Source: an uncultured Bacilli bacterium
Lineage (GTDB): Bacteria > Bacillota_I > Bacilli_A > RF39 > UBA660
Direction of reading: 5' to 3'
Assembly (NCBI GenBank): GCA_910578745.1
Contig: CAJTSN010000004.1
Span: 1-45,123, forward strand
DNA length: 45,123 nt
The translations under genes and the position numbers were made by a program. Positions 9,743 through 18,260 of this stretch are shown one piece after another (positions within the stretch are counted from its first letter, which is position 1; each line of letters starts with the position of its first letter). The notes under the pieces were generated by a model that saw only the letters and a list, made by a program, of their open reading frames with translations, made no database searches and was not told where the DNA came from.

Positions 9743-9767
9743 GAAGCTAGTTTTTAGCTTCTTTTTT
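9743..9767 (+). terminator. Intrinsic terminator
   Basis: GAAGCTA-GTTTT-TAGCTTC hairpin followed by T6. Confidence 0.7.
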
Positions 9768-9808
9768 AGTATTGAAATTTAGAAGGTTTGTCTACTTTTC
9801 AAAAAAGC

Positions 9809-9837
9809 TTTACATGAAAATTCATTTTTGCTATAAT
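9809..9837 (+). promoter_or_regulatory. Promoter of the rpsF-ssb-rpsR operon
   Basis: TTTACA, 17-nt spacer, TATAAT. The roughly 60-nt leader contains two hairpins (GAGTA/TACTC and GCTTAT/ATAAGC). Confidence 0.7.
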
Positions 9838-9904
9838 CATATTTGAGTATGAAATTACTCCTTGCTTATTTTGATAAGCCAGTAGACCAAAAGGAGGTGT
9901 AGGA

Positions 9905-10195
9905 ATGAAAAATTATGAAATTATGTTTATCGTTAGACCTACTCTAAGTGAAGAAGAAGTAAAGAAAGTTTCTCAAAATTTCTCAAATACTTTAACTTCA
10001 AATGGGGCAAAGATCACAGATTCAAAAGATCTAGGTCAAAAAGAACTAGCTTATGAAATCAAAAAATTTAAAAGTGGATACTATTTTCTTTTAGAGATTG
10101 AAGCTACAGATGATAAAGCAATTGCAGAATTTGATCGTTTAGCGCGTATTAGTTCTGATGTGATTCGTCATTTAATTATTAAACTAGAGAAATAA
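9905..10195 (+). CDS. rpsF: 30S ribosomal protein S6
   Basis: MKNYEIMFIVRPTLSEEE N-terminus and rpsF-ssb-rpsR synteny. Confidence 0.96.
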   Translation: MKNYEIMFIVRPTLSEEEVKKVSQNFSNTLTSNGAKITDSKDLGQKELAYEIKKFKSGYYFLLEIEATDDKAIAEFDRLARISSDVIRHLIIKLEK

Positions 10196-10210
10196 AAGAG
10201 AGGTATTTTT

Positions 10211-10690
10211 ATGAACCGAGTTATGTTAATTGGTCGGTTAACAGCAAAACCAGAGCTACGTTATACGAGTTCAAATGTTCCATTTGCAAGATTCACTGTA
10301 GCAGTAAATCGTACTTTTTCAAATGCAAATGGAGAAAGAGAAACAGATTTTATTAGTACAGTTATTTGGAGAAAACAGGCAGAGAATGTTTGTAATTATT
10401 TAGATAAAGGAAGTTTAATATCTGTAGAAGGTAGAATACAAACAGGAAGTTACGATGATAAGGATGGAAATAAGCGTTATACGACAGATGTAGTGGCTGA
10501 CTCTGTAGAGTTTTTAGAGTCAAAGGCTCAACGGCAAAATAGTGCCTATAATGCAAATAATAATTATACAGATAATATCAGTCCTTACGATTATCAAAAT
10601 GAAACGAGTACATCAAGTGTCAGTGTCGAAAATGATCCATTCGCTGATTTTGGAGATAGCGTTTCTATTGATGATAACTTCCTAGATTAA
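10211..10690 (+). CDS. ssb: Single-stranded DNA-binding protein
   Basis: [21 protein letters not shown]-fold N-terminus and an acidic C-terminal tail (DDNFLD). Confidence 0.96.
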   Translation: MNRVMLIGRLTAKPELRYTSSNVPFARFTVAVNRTFSNANGERETDFISTVIWRKQAENVCNYLDKGSLISVEGRIQTGSYDDKDGNKRYTTDVVADSVEFLESKAQRQNSAYNANNNYTDNISPYDYQNETSTSSVSVENDPFADFGDSVSIDDNFLD

Positions 10691-10710
10691 TAAAGATAAG
10701 GAGGATAGAC

Positions 10711-10926
10711 ATGGCTGAATTTAAAAGAAAGAAAAAGATTTGTCAAATGTGTGCTGGGAAACCAGTAAATTATAAAGATGTAGAAATTATTAAAAAATAT
10801 ATTAGTGCAGATCGAGGTAAAATTTTACCAAGAAGAATTACAGGAGCATGTGCTGAACACCAAAGATATATTGCTAGACAAGTAAAATATGCTCGTCATA
10901 TGGGATTGATTCCATTTGTAAAGTAA
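10711..10926 (+). CDS. rpsR: 30S ribosomal protein S18
   Basis: KILPRRITGACAEHQRYIARQVKYARHMGLIPF. Confidence 0.96.
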   Translation: MAEFKRKKKICQMCAGKPVNYKDVEIIKKYISADRGKILPRRITGACAEHQRYIARQVKYARHMGLIPFVK

Positions 10927-10952
10927 GTAGAAAAATGCTTACTTTTTCTTTT
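10921..10952 (+). terminator. Intrinsic terminator overlapping the rpsR stop
   Basis: AAGTAAG, 10-nt loop, CTTACTT, then TTTCTTTT. Confidence 0.6.
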
Positions 10953-10958
10953 ACGATT

Positions 10959-10967
10959 TGTTATAAT
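10959..10967 (+). promoter_or_regulatory. Extended -10 promoter (TGTTATAAT)
   Basis: TG-n-TATAAT located 21 nt upstream of the TTG start at 10988. Confidence 0.5.
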
Positions 10968-10987
10968 AAAGAAAAGGATGTGATAGA

Positions 10988-11686
10988 TTGAATATAGCAC
11001 TTGTTACTGCTGGTGGACGTGGGAAAAGAATGAAACAAGAAGTTCCTAAACAATTTATGCCTATAAAAAATAAACCATTAATCATTTATACTTTAGAGGT
11101 ATTTCAAAATCATCCGAATATTGATGCTATCTTAGTTTCTTGTCTTAATGGATGGGAACCAATTATGGAAGCTTATATAAAACAATATAATATTACGAAG
11201 GTAAAATGGATAGTTAAAAGTATGGATACACCGCAATCTTCCATTAAAGTAGCCTTAAAAGAACTAGAAAAACATTGTTCAAAAGAAGATGTTGTTTTAA
11301 TTCATGATGGAAATAGAGCCCTTCTTAGTGAAGAAATCATCTCTGATTCCATTGTTACTTGTAGACAACATGGGGGAGCAATTGCTGTAATTCCCTGTAA
11401 TGAGGTGATTGTAAAAACCAATAATAATATTGATTCAGAAGAATTCTTAAATCGAGAAGAATTAAAACGGACGCAAACACCACATACCTTTCCATTAGGA
11501 AAATTACTATGGGCACATGAGGAAGCAGAGAAGAGGAACATAACAAATGCAATTGCGACTTGTGATTTAATGATGCAGTTGGGAGAGAAAATCTATTTTT
11601 CGACTGGGTCAGAGAAAAATATGAAAATAACAACTTCTGTGGATATAGAAATTTTTGAGGCCTTACTTGCATTAGGAGAAGAATGA
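10988..11686 (+). CDS. IspD/TarI-family cytidylyltransferase (CDP-polyol synthase-like)
   Basis: ALVTAGGRGKRMKQEVPKQFMPI N-terminal signature of the IspD/TarI fold. TTG start with an AAGGA SD. Followed directly by LicD genes. Confidence 0.8.
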   Translation: MNIALVTAGGRGKRMKQEVPKQFMPIKNKPLIIYTLEVFQNHPNIDAILVSCLNGWEPIMEAYIKQYNITKVKWIVKSMDTPQSSIKVALKELEKHCSKEDVVLIHDGNRALLSEEIISDSIVTCRQHGGAIAVIPCNEVIVKTNNNIDSEEFLNREELKRTQTPHTFPLGKLLWAHEEAEKRNITNAIATCDLMMQLGEKIYFSTGSEKNMKITTSVDIEIFEALLALGEE

Positions 11687-11687
11687 T

Positions 11688-12533
11688 ATGGAGAAACAAG
11701 AAGAATATCTTTTAAAAGAAAAAAAAGATGGAACCAAAATTATGGTGCGAGATGTGCAACTTGTTTTGTTAGAGATGGTTAAGGAAATTGACAAGATTTG
11801 TGTAGATAATAAAATTGAGTATTGTTTAACAGGTGGTTCGACAATAGGAGCTTACAAGTATAAAGGATTTATACCATGGGATGATGATTTTGATATTGCG
11901 ATGATGCGTAGTGAATACAAAAAATTTATAAAAGCATTAGAAAAAGATTTAGATAAAGAAAAGTATACATTTCATTGTTTTGAAAAAAATAGAAAATATG
12001 ATGTGACATGGCCATATATGAAAATACGTAAAAAGAATACGTATATAAGAGAAGTAAATAAACTTCTTCCAAATCGTTGTACGGATTGTGATGGTATATT
12101 TATTGATGTATTTGTTTATGATCATATGTCAAAATATACAGTTTTTGATTTGCCTCTACGTCTATGTAATAGTCTTTTAATGCCTGTGATTATTTTTTTT
12201 GAAAATTTGAAAATAAATCCGATTCCTTTAAAGCATCTTTATCGCTTTAATGCAAAAATGTATGGATTTTTATGTAGAAAATCAAAATATATTGGAGATG
12301 ACCTTACTTGGACTTATCGAAATCCTATGACACCTCTTCGCTATCGAAAAGAAAAAATATTTCCACCAGTCCGTGTTCCTTTTGAAGATATGCATCTTCC
12401 TGTACAAAATGATATGAAGGAATATATGATTTGTCATTGGGGAGAAAAAGTTTTTGAACCTCTTCCAGAAAGTAAAAGGAAACCGGGACATGTGCATGAT
12501 ATCAGTTTAACTTCTGATAAACCTGAGGACTAG
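11688..12533 (+). CDS. licD: LicD-family phosphotransferase, paralog 1
   Basis: GFIPWDDDFDI (DxD) motif with a LicD-like length and layout. The start lies 1 nt after the stop of the previous gene. Confidence 0.85.
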   Translation: MEKQEEYLLKEKKDGTKIMVRDVQLVLLEMVKEIDKICVDNKIEYCLTGGSTIGAYKYKGFIPWDDDFDIAMMRSEYKKFIKALEKDLDKEKYTFHCFEKNRKYDVTWPYMKIRKKNTYIREVNKLLPNRCTDCDGIFIDVFVYDHMSKYTVFDLPLRLCNSLLMPVIIFFENLKINPIPLKHLYRFNAKMYGFLCRKSKYIGDDLTWTYRNPMTPLRYRKEKIFPPVRVPFEDMHLPVQNDMKEYMICHWGEKVFEPLPESKRKPGHVHDISLTSDKPED

Positions 12534-12554
12534 TTTTTAGTAGTTCTATATGTA

Positions 12555-12586
12555 AAGTAAGGCTTAAGATACTTACTTTTTCTTTT
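12555..12586 (+). terminator. Intrinsic terminator (copy of the rpsR terminator stem)
   Basis: AAGTAAG, 10-nt loop, CTTACTT, then TTTCTTTTTT. Confidence 0.55.
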
Positions 12587-12591
12587 TTACA

Positions 12592-12600
12592 TGTTATAAT
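12592..12600 (+). promoter_or_regulatory. Extended -10 promoter (TGTTATAAT)
   Basis: Same TGTTATAATAA string as at 10959. Confidence 0.5.
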
Positions 12601-12666
12601 AAGTAGTAGAAAAAAGGGGTTTTAAAGAATTTCTTTTTTAAATAGAAGTATAAGAGGTGTCAAGAT

Positions 12667-13515
12667 ATGTGTAAGGATTTTAACGACATAGTATTAAAAG
12701 AGAAAAAAGATGGAACCAAAATTACAGTAAGAGATGTACAATTGGCTACTTTAGAGATGATGAAAGATATTGATGCCATTTGTAGAAAAAATAATATAGA
12801 ATACTGGTTAGCCGATGGTTCCGCTTTAGGCGCTATTCGTCATAAAGGATTTATACCATGGGATGATGACTTTGATATTGGAATGATGCGAAGTGAATAT
12901 GAGAGATTTATAAAAGTGTTAGAAAAAGATTTAGATAAGGAAAAGTATACATTTCATTGTTTTGAAAAAAATAAAAAATACGAGGTGACATGGCCAAGTA
13001 TGAAAATTCGAAAAAAAAATACATATATAAAAGAAATGAACAAATTACTTCCAAATCGTTGTACGGATTGTGATGGTATATTTGTTGATGTATTTGTTTA
13101 TGACTATATGGCAAAAACGACTTTTTTGGATTTACCACTTCGTTTATGTAATACTGCTTTAATGCCTATTATTGTCATCTTAGAAAATGTATGGATTAAC
13201 CCAATTCCTTTAAAATGGCTTTACCGTTTTAATGCGAAGTTCTATGGAAAGTTGAATAAACATTCTAAGTATATAGGAGATGATTTAACTTGGACCTATC
13301 GCAGTCCTTTAAAACCATTACGGTGTCTGAAAGATAAAGTTCTCCCGACCGTCTTAGTGCCTTTCGAAGATACAGAATTACCTGTTGCGAATGATGCAAA
13401 GCACTATTTAATACAAAACTATGGAGAAAACTATATGACCCCTCCACCTGTTGTTAAAAGAACACCAATTCATGTGTACGATATTAATTTAACCTCTAGT
13501 GAGCCAGAGGAATAA
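12667..13515 (+). CDS. licD: LicD-family phosphotransferase, paralog 2
   Basis: Aligns end to end with the 11688 gene, with roughly two thirds of residues identical by eye. Same GFIPWDDDFDI motif. Confidence 0.85.
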   Translation: MCKDFNDIVLKEKKDGTKITVRDVQLATLEMMKDIDAICRKNNIEYWLADGSALGAIRHKGFIPWDDDFDIGMMRSEYERFIKVLEKDLDKEKYTFHCFEKNKKYEVTWPSMKIRKKNTYIKEMNKLLPNRCTDCDGIFVDVFVYDYMAKTTFLDLPLRLCNTALMPIIVILENVWINPIPLKWLYRFNAKFYGKLNKHSKYIGDDLTWTYRSPLKPLRCLKDKVLPTVLVPFEDTELPVANDAKHYLIQNYGENYMTPPPVVKRTPIHVYDINLTSSEPEE

Positions 13516-13516
13516 A

Positions 13517-13669
13517 TTGAAACAGAATCGATGGATTTGTCTAGCTATTACTGGTGTTCTTTTTATAGGAATTGCTCTTCTTTTGTGGCAAGAATTTAGT
13601 TTTGTATTGGGAGGATTTGGAATCGTATTTTTGGGTTTTTCAGCCATGGATTACATTCATAAAAAATAA
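13517..13669 (+). CDS. Possible 50-aa two-helix membrane peptide (not in the ORF track)
   Basis: TTG start 1 nt after the licD2 stop, with GAGG 7 nt upstream. Translation: LKQNRWICLAITGVLFIGIALLLWQEFSFVLGGFGIVFLGFSAMDYIHKK. Confidence 0.35.
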   Translation: MKQNRWICLAITGVLFIGIALLLWQEFSFVLGGFGIVFLGFSAMDYIHKK

Positions 13670-13692
13670 AAGAATCAAATCGATTCTTTTTT
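13668..13692. terminator. Bidirectional intrinsic terminator between convergent genes
   Basis: AAAAGAATC-AAATC-GATTCTTTT perfect 9-bp stem flanked by A and T runs. It overlaps both stop codons. Confidence 0.6.
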
Positions 13693-14445
13693 GGCATTCT
13701 CTATTTTTTTCATTTGAACATTGTAGTTCGCATTTAATAGTATCTTTAATGGTACAAATTTATTAAAAAAGGCATTCAATTTATGATTCATAGTAGGAAT
13801 AATGACTCTTTTTTTTTGGAACATTTTATTTATAGCATATTTTGCTAATTCATCACTATTTTGTGCCTTATTAAATTTCACACCTAATTTGTCATTAAAA
13901 CTTGTTTCGACTGGTCCGGGACAAAGACAACCAATGTATACATTTTTTCCTTCTTTTCTTATTTCTTCAGAAATAGCTTCGGTTAACCTTAAAATATAAG
14001 CTTTAGAAGCAAAGTAGGAAGCCATTAATGGACCGGGAGAAAAAGCGGCTGTTGAAGCAATATTTAAAATATAACCTCTGTTTTTCTCTATCATGTCATT
14101 TAAGAATAGTTTTGTTAATATCTGAGTCGCCTTAATATTTAAGTCAATCAGTTCTAGTTGTCTATCTAAATCCTCTTCTCTAAATCTTCCATGTAGTCCA
14201 AACCCAGCACTATTAATTAAAATATGTATATCCTCATCTTTTAGTTTATAATATAACTCTTTACAATTTTTTGCTATAGATAAATCGGTCACAATGTAAC
14301 TTGCTTTTTTTCCTAAATTTTCGATAGCCTTTTTTAAATTTTCTTCATTTCTTGCAACGAGGATCACTTCATAGTTTTTATGGATTAGTTCTTTGGCAAT
14401 GGAAAAACCAATACCTGAACTTCCTCCAGTGATTAAAGCTTTCAT
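13675..14445 (-). CDS. Short-chain dehydrogenase/reductase (classical SDR)
   Basis: MKALITGGSSGIGFSIA (TGxxxGIG) and the YFASK catalytic Y-x3-K. I prefer the start at the internal ATG 14445 with an AAGGATG SD. Confidence 0.88.
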   Translation of the reverse strand: MKALITGGSSGIGFSIAKELIHKNYEVILVARNEENLKKAIENLGKKASYIVTDLSIAKNCKELYYKLKDEDIHILINSAGFGLHGRFREEDLDRQLELIDLNIKATQILTKLFLNDMIEKNRGYILNIASTAAFSPGPLMASYFASKAYILRLTEAISEEIRKEGKNVYIGCLCPGPVETSFNDKLGVKFNKAQNSDELAKYAINKMFQKKRVIIPTMNHKLNAFFNKFVPLKILLNANYNVQMKKIENAKKESI

Positions 14446-14648
14446 ATTGTCACATCCTTGTATAATTATTATAAAACAAAAAAGAAAAACTGTATAGTCT
14501 TCTACGAGGAACATGTTCTATTTATCGTAAGAGAATTTATTTTGAACGTAGAGGGATTAGAATTTTCGATAGGAATTTTTTATTTTAAATATTTCTATTC
14601 TTTATCATGTTTCAAGTAAGGAATGGAGGATTTATTTTATAAAGGAAA

Positions 14649-14659
14649 TGTGTTAAAAT
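14649..14659 (+). promoter_or_regulatory. Extended -10 promoter (TGTGTTAAAAT)
   Basis: The same 11-mer occurs upstream of tRNA-Trp at 39300-39310. It lies about 18 nt before the mutY start. Confidence 0.45.
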
Positions 14660-14676
14660 GAAATAGGCGATGTGAT

Positions 14677-15705
14677 GTGGAGAAGATAACAAAAGATTTA
14701 TTGGATTGGTATCAAAAATATAAAAGAGATCTTCCGTGGCGAAGAACACAAAATCCTTACTATATCTGGGTTAGTGAAATTATGTTACAACAAACGAGGG
14801 TTGAGGCAGTAAAAGTATATTATGAACGTTTTATTCATAGATTACCTACTTTATATGACCTAGCCACGATTTCAGAAGATGAACTGTTAAAACTGTGGGA
14901 AGGATTAGGATATTATAGTCGGGTTCGAAATATGAAATCTTGTGCGCAAAAAAGAATCGAACAAGGCTTTGACAATTTGCCAAATACAAAGGAAGAACTA
15001 CTCGCTTTACCCGGCATTGGAAATTATACGGCAGGAGCGATTTTGTCGATAGCCTTTTCTATACCTAGTGTTGCGATTGATGGAAATGTTTATCGTGTAT
15101 TAGGGCGTTACTATAAAATAGAAGAAGACATAAAAAAAAGTGGTACTTATCAAATTTATGAAAACAAGATGAAAAAAATTTTACCACAAGAAAATGCAGG
15201 AGATTTCACACAAAGTTTCATGGATTTAGGAAGTTTGATTTGTACACCGAAGTCTCCTAAATGTGAAATATGTCCTTTACAAAAAGATTGTAAAGCAAGG
15301 CAAAAGAATCAAATGGAGTTTTATCCAGTGAAAGAAAAGAAAAAGGAAAAAAGAATAGAAGAACGTACTGTTTATCTTTATCGATATAAAGATAAAATTG
15401 CGATTCAAAAACGTAAAGACAAAGGTTTACTTGCTTCTATGTACGAATTTCCTAATACGTTAGAAACCGTATCCGTAGTGGATATTGAAAATAGCTTATT
15501 AGAAAATGAAATACCGTTTTATTCTGTTTTAGAGATAGGTGAAAGTAAACATGTTTTTTCCCATATTATTTGGTATATGAAAGGTTATATCATTGATTTA
15601 AAGGAACCAATTGAAAATTATATATGGGTTACATTAGAAGAACTAAATAGGAAATATTCTCTTCCCAGTGCTTTTTCCTATTACTATCAAATTCTCTTGA
15701 GATAG
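14677..15705 (+). CDS. mutY: A/G-specific adenine DNA glycosylase MutY
   Basis: LPWRRTQNPYYIWVSEIMLQQTRV, a 4Fe-4S cluster loop CTPKSPKCEICPLQKDC and a Nudix-like C-terminal domain. GTG start. Confidence 0.92.
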   Translation: MEKITKDLLDWYQKYKRDLPWRRTQNPYYIWVSEIMLQQTRVEAVKVYYERFIHRLPTLYDLATISEDELLKLWEGLGYYSRVRNMKSCAQKRIEQGFDNLPNTKEELLALPGIGNYTAGAILSIAFSIPSVAIDGNVYRVLGRYYKIEEDIKKSGTYQIYENKMKKILPQENAGDFTQSFMDLGSLICTPKSPKCEICPLQKDCKARQKNQMEFYPVKEKKKEKRIEERTVYLYRYKDKIAIQKRKDKGLLASMYEFPNTLETVSVVDIENSLLENEIPFYSVLEIGESKHVFSHIIWYMKGYIIDLKEPIENYIWVTLEELNRKYSLPSAFSYYYQILLR

Positions 15706-15758
15706 TCTTTTTCATACTCTTATTTTTTGTTTGTGCATAAAATAAAATGGGTGATAAT

Positions 15759-16571
15759 ATGATGAAAGGAATTGATGTATCTTCTTATCAAGGACGAATT
15801 GATTGGATAAAGGTGAAACCCTATATTGAATTTGCTATGATTCGTTGTGGATGGGGAAACAATTTGAAAAGACAAGATGATGTTTACTTTGAAAGAAATA
15901 CAGAAATGTGTGAAAACTTGAAGATTCCATATGGCGTTTATTTATATAGTTATGCAACAACCTTAGATGAAGCACGGAGTGAGGTGGAACATACGCTTCG
16001 TTTAATTCGAGGGAAAAAATTAGAATATCCTGTATTTTTAGATGTAGAAAGTAAAAGACAAATGGCTTTACCAAAAGACAAATTGGTTGAAATTGTAAAA
16101 TACTATTGTGAAGAGATACAAAAAGAAGGATATTATGTAGGAATTTATGCAAGTTTGAATCGATTTAGAAGTAATTTAGACTCAAAAGAATTGGATTCGT
16201 TCGATAAATGGGTAGCTGAATGGAATGACATTTTTACATATAAAGGAAAAGCAGGTATGTGGCAAAATACTTCTTATGAAGAACTTCCTGGTATTCGTGG
16301 TCGAGTCGATGGAGATGTTGCTTTTTATGATTATCCTAAAATCATCCGTGAGGCAGGTTTAAATCATTTAGAAGAAAATTTAAAATATCATAAGGGTGAA
16401 GATGTATTTGTAACAGGGGATATTTATGAAAATCGTGAGGCTACAAAGGTCGTAAAAAAGGTTTGCGATCAAGAATATAAGATTGAAAAAACAGATAATA
16501 TAGCAAAAGCCCCCTATAAAATAGAAGATGGTTATGTAAAAACAGATTCTGTATATAAAAAATGTCCTTAA
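15759..16571 (+). CDS. GH25 muramidase (lysozyme) with a C-terminal SH3-like tail and no signal peptide
   Basis: KGIDVSSYQGRIDW and FLDVE GH25 motifs. The start could be 15747, 15759 or 15762. Confidence 0.85.
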   Translation: MMKGIDVSSYQGRIDWIKVKPYIEFAMIRCGWGNNLKRQDDVYFERNTEMCENLKIPYGVYLYSYATTLDEARSEVEHTLRLIRGKKLEYPVFLDVESKRQMALPKDKLVEIVKYYCEEIQKEGYYVGIYASLNRFRSNLDSKELDSFDKWVAEWNDIFTYKGKAGMWQNTSYEELPGIRGRVDGDVAFYDYPKIIREAGLNHLEENLKYHKGEDVFVTGDIYENREATKVVKKVCDQEYKIEKTDNIAKAPYKIEDGYVKTDSVYKKCP

Positions 16572-16597
16572 AAAAACAAAGCATGCTTTGTTTTTTT
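16571..16597 (+). terminator. Intrinsic terminator
   Basis: AAAAAACAAAGCATGCTTTGTTTTTT palindromic hairpin with a T-run. Confidence 0.75.
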
Positions 16598-16646
16598 CTT
16601 GATATGGTCGTTTCGTTGAACAATATTTATAAAATGGTTTCTTTTA

Positions 16647-17684
16647 TTAAATTACTTTTTTGTGATTTTCATTGTTCATTTCCCATTTTTTAGTAAAGTC
16701 CATTTTATACATTTCATACCGAAATTTAAGGGGATGCTTTTGATACTTTTCATTAGCTAAAGAAACCTCTTTTTGTTTAGCGATTTTCTTTTGAATAGTT
16801 TCCTCTTTAACTTTATATATTTCCTCTGCTTTTTCTAATAGTTCTTTTCTAATCTCTTCCTGTGCTTGTGTTTTTATCTTTTCTACCTTGTCTTTCATCT
16901 CAAAAAATGTATTCCAATCTTTTTTAGAAATGAATAGTTTTGTTATAAATTTACTGGTTCTTTGATTATGTTTTTCTATGTATTCTTTCGCTTTTTGATA
17001 ATCAAGGTTTTCTGTAACTTTCTTTTGTATGTCAGAATTTTGATAAGGATGATCTATTTGATAATGTATAGCGTGTAGTTTTCCTTGTAATTTTGATTCC
17101 TCATTTATTAAATCACTTAATTCTTTTTTTACAGTTTGTAGCTCTTTTTCTAATTGTATGATTTCACTAAAATCTGGTTGTGGTTCACTTTTTTTTGTAT
17201 CTTCTTTTTTATCTTGAGTGAATGTGCTATGGTTTGTATCTGTATTTTTTGTATTTGTTGTTCTTCTTTTAAATTCTGCATTCTGCGTTTTACTTGTATT
17301 TTGTCTATAACATTTGTAAGTTTTATTTGTAAAATTATTATTGATGAAGTTACTAAAAAAATCGAAGACAGAATCATTATATGCATTTTGTGTCCAAAAA
17401 TTTTGATATTGGTTATCGATTTTATTAGAAGATGCCATCTGCATTCTTTTTCTTTCTAAGTCAAAAACTTTTCTTTTGCTTGGATTTGATAGAGTTTCAT
17501 AAGCTTCTTGTGCAATCAGGTGATTTTTCTTTGCAATTTGTTGTTCTTCTTCTGATTTACCCTCTAACATATCGGGATGGTAAAGTTTCATTTTTTGTCT
17601 GTAGGCTTTTTTAATTTCTTCATCAGAGGCATTTTCTGGTATATTTAAAACCTGATAAAAATCAGTATAAATCGTTTTGCTCAT
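16647..17684 (-). CDS. Standalone J-domain protein
   Basis: DFYQVLNIPENASDEEIKKAYRQKMKLYHPD, including the HPD tripeptide. The rest is a long charged coiled region with no G/F region or zinc finger. Confidence 0.8.
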   Translation of the reverse strand: MSKTIYTDFYQVLNIPENASDEEIKKAYRQKMKLYHPDMLEGKSEEEQQIAKKNHLIAQEAYETLSNPSKRKVFDLERKRMQMASSNKIDNQYQNFWTQNAYNDSVFDFFSNFINNNFTNKTYKCYRQNTSKTQNAEFKRRTTNTKNTDTNHSTFTQDKKEDTKKSEPQPDFSEIIQLEKELQTVKKELSDLINEESKLQGKLHAIHYQIDHPYQNSDIQKKVTENLDYQKAKEYIEKHNQRTSKFITKLFISKKDWNTFFEMKDKVEKIKTQAQEEIRKELLEKAEEIYKVKEETIQKKIAKQKEVSLANEKYQKHPLKFRYEMYKMDFTKKWEMNNENHKKVI

Positions 17685-17770
17685 AAATTTTTATTCCTTT
17701 CTACATGTAGTATGTAGTTTATTTATAACATAATACCATACAGAAATTCAACAAAATTGATAGAAAAGAC

Positions 17771-17799
17771 TTGCAATTTACACTTTTTTTTAGTAGAAT
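17771..17799 (+). promoter_or_regulatory. Promoter of the S10 operon
   Basis: TTGCAA (17771-17776), 17-nt spacer, TAGAAT (17794-17799). Confidence 0.65.
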
Positions 17800-17804
17800 T
17801 TTAT

Positions 17805-17933
17805 GTGTGTGGCATGCGAGGATGTGCGAGGTTGCCGATACACCAGGTTAAGTTGAAAAACACAACAAATGATAATTGGGTTTTTGCACGGAGCAAGTCT
17901 ATACTCGATATAGGCGAAGGGAGGAAAAACAAT
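17805..17933 (+). promoter_or_regulatory. Structured 5' leader of the S10 operon (candidate r-protein autoregulatory leader)
   Basis: A 10-bp helix (17805-17814 with 17833-17843, one bulge) encloses two direct UGCGAGG heptamers at 17815-17821 and 17825-17831. Confidence 0.3.
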
Positions 17934-18242
17934 ATGTCAAAAACAAAGATTAGCATCAAATTAAAAGCATTTGAACACAAAAGTTTAGATACAGCATGTG
18001 CTAAAATTGTTGAAACAGTGAAAAGAACAGGTGGCGAAGTGAGTGGACCTGTACCACTACCAACAGAAATTGAAAAAATCACAATTTTAAGAGCTGTTCA
18101 CAAGTACAAAGATTCTCGTGAACAATTTGAAAAAAGAACACACAAAAGACTTATTGTTATCAATAATCCAAGTAAGGAAACGATTGATATGTTACAACGT
18201 ATCGATATTCCAAGTGGTGTTGATATTCAAATTAAACTATAA
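17934..18242 (+). CDS. rpsJ: 30S ribosomal protein S10
   Basis: [19 protein letters not shown], 102 aa. The track ORF start at 17757 is an artefactual 5' extension. Confidence 0.97.
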   Translation: MSKTKISIKLKAFEHKSLDTACAKIVETVKRTGGEVSGPVPLPTEIEKITILRAVHKYKDSREQFEKRTHKRLIVINNPSKETIDMLQRIDIPSGVDIQIKL

Positions 18243-18260
18243 TTTTTAGGAGGATAGAAT

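Noticed and set aside
13572-13766. Track ORF of 64 aa in the licD2/SDR intergenic region
   Set aside because: It runs through the bidirectional terminator into the antisense strand of the SDR gene and has no SD. The alternative frame 13517-13669 is more plausible.
17757-17933. 5' extensions of track ORFs beyond the real starts. Examples are rpsJ from 17757, rpsC from 21414, rplO from 26310, rpoA from 30020, infA from 28715, the SDRs from 14514 and 37603, and the XRE gene from 40996.
   Set aside because: Conserved N-termini together with properly spaced Shine-Dalgarno sequences identify internal start codons. The extensions overlap upstream genes or promoters.
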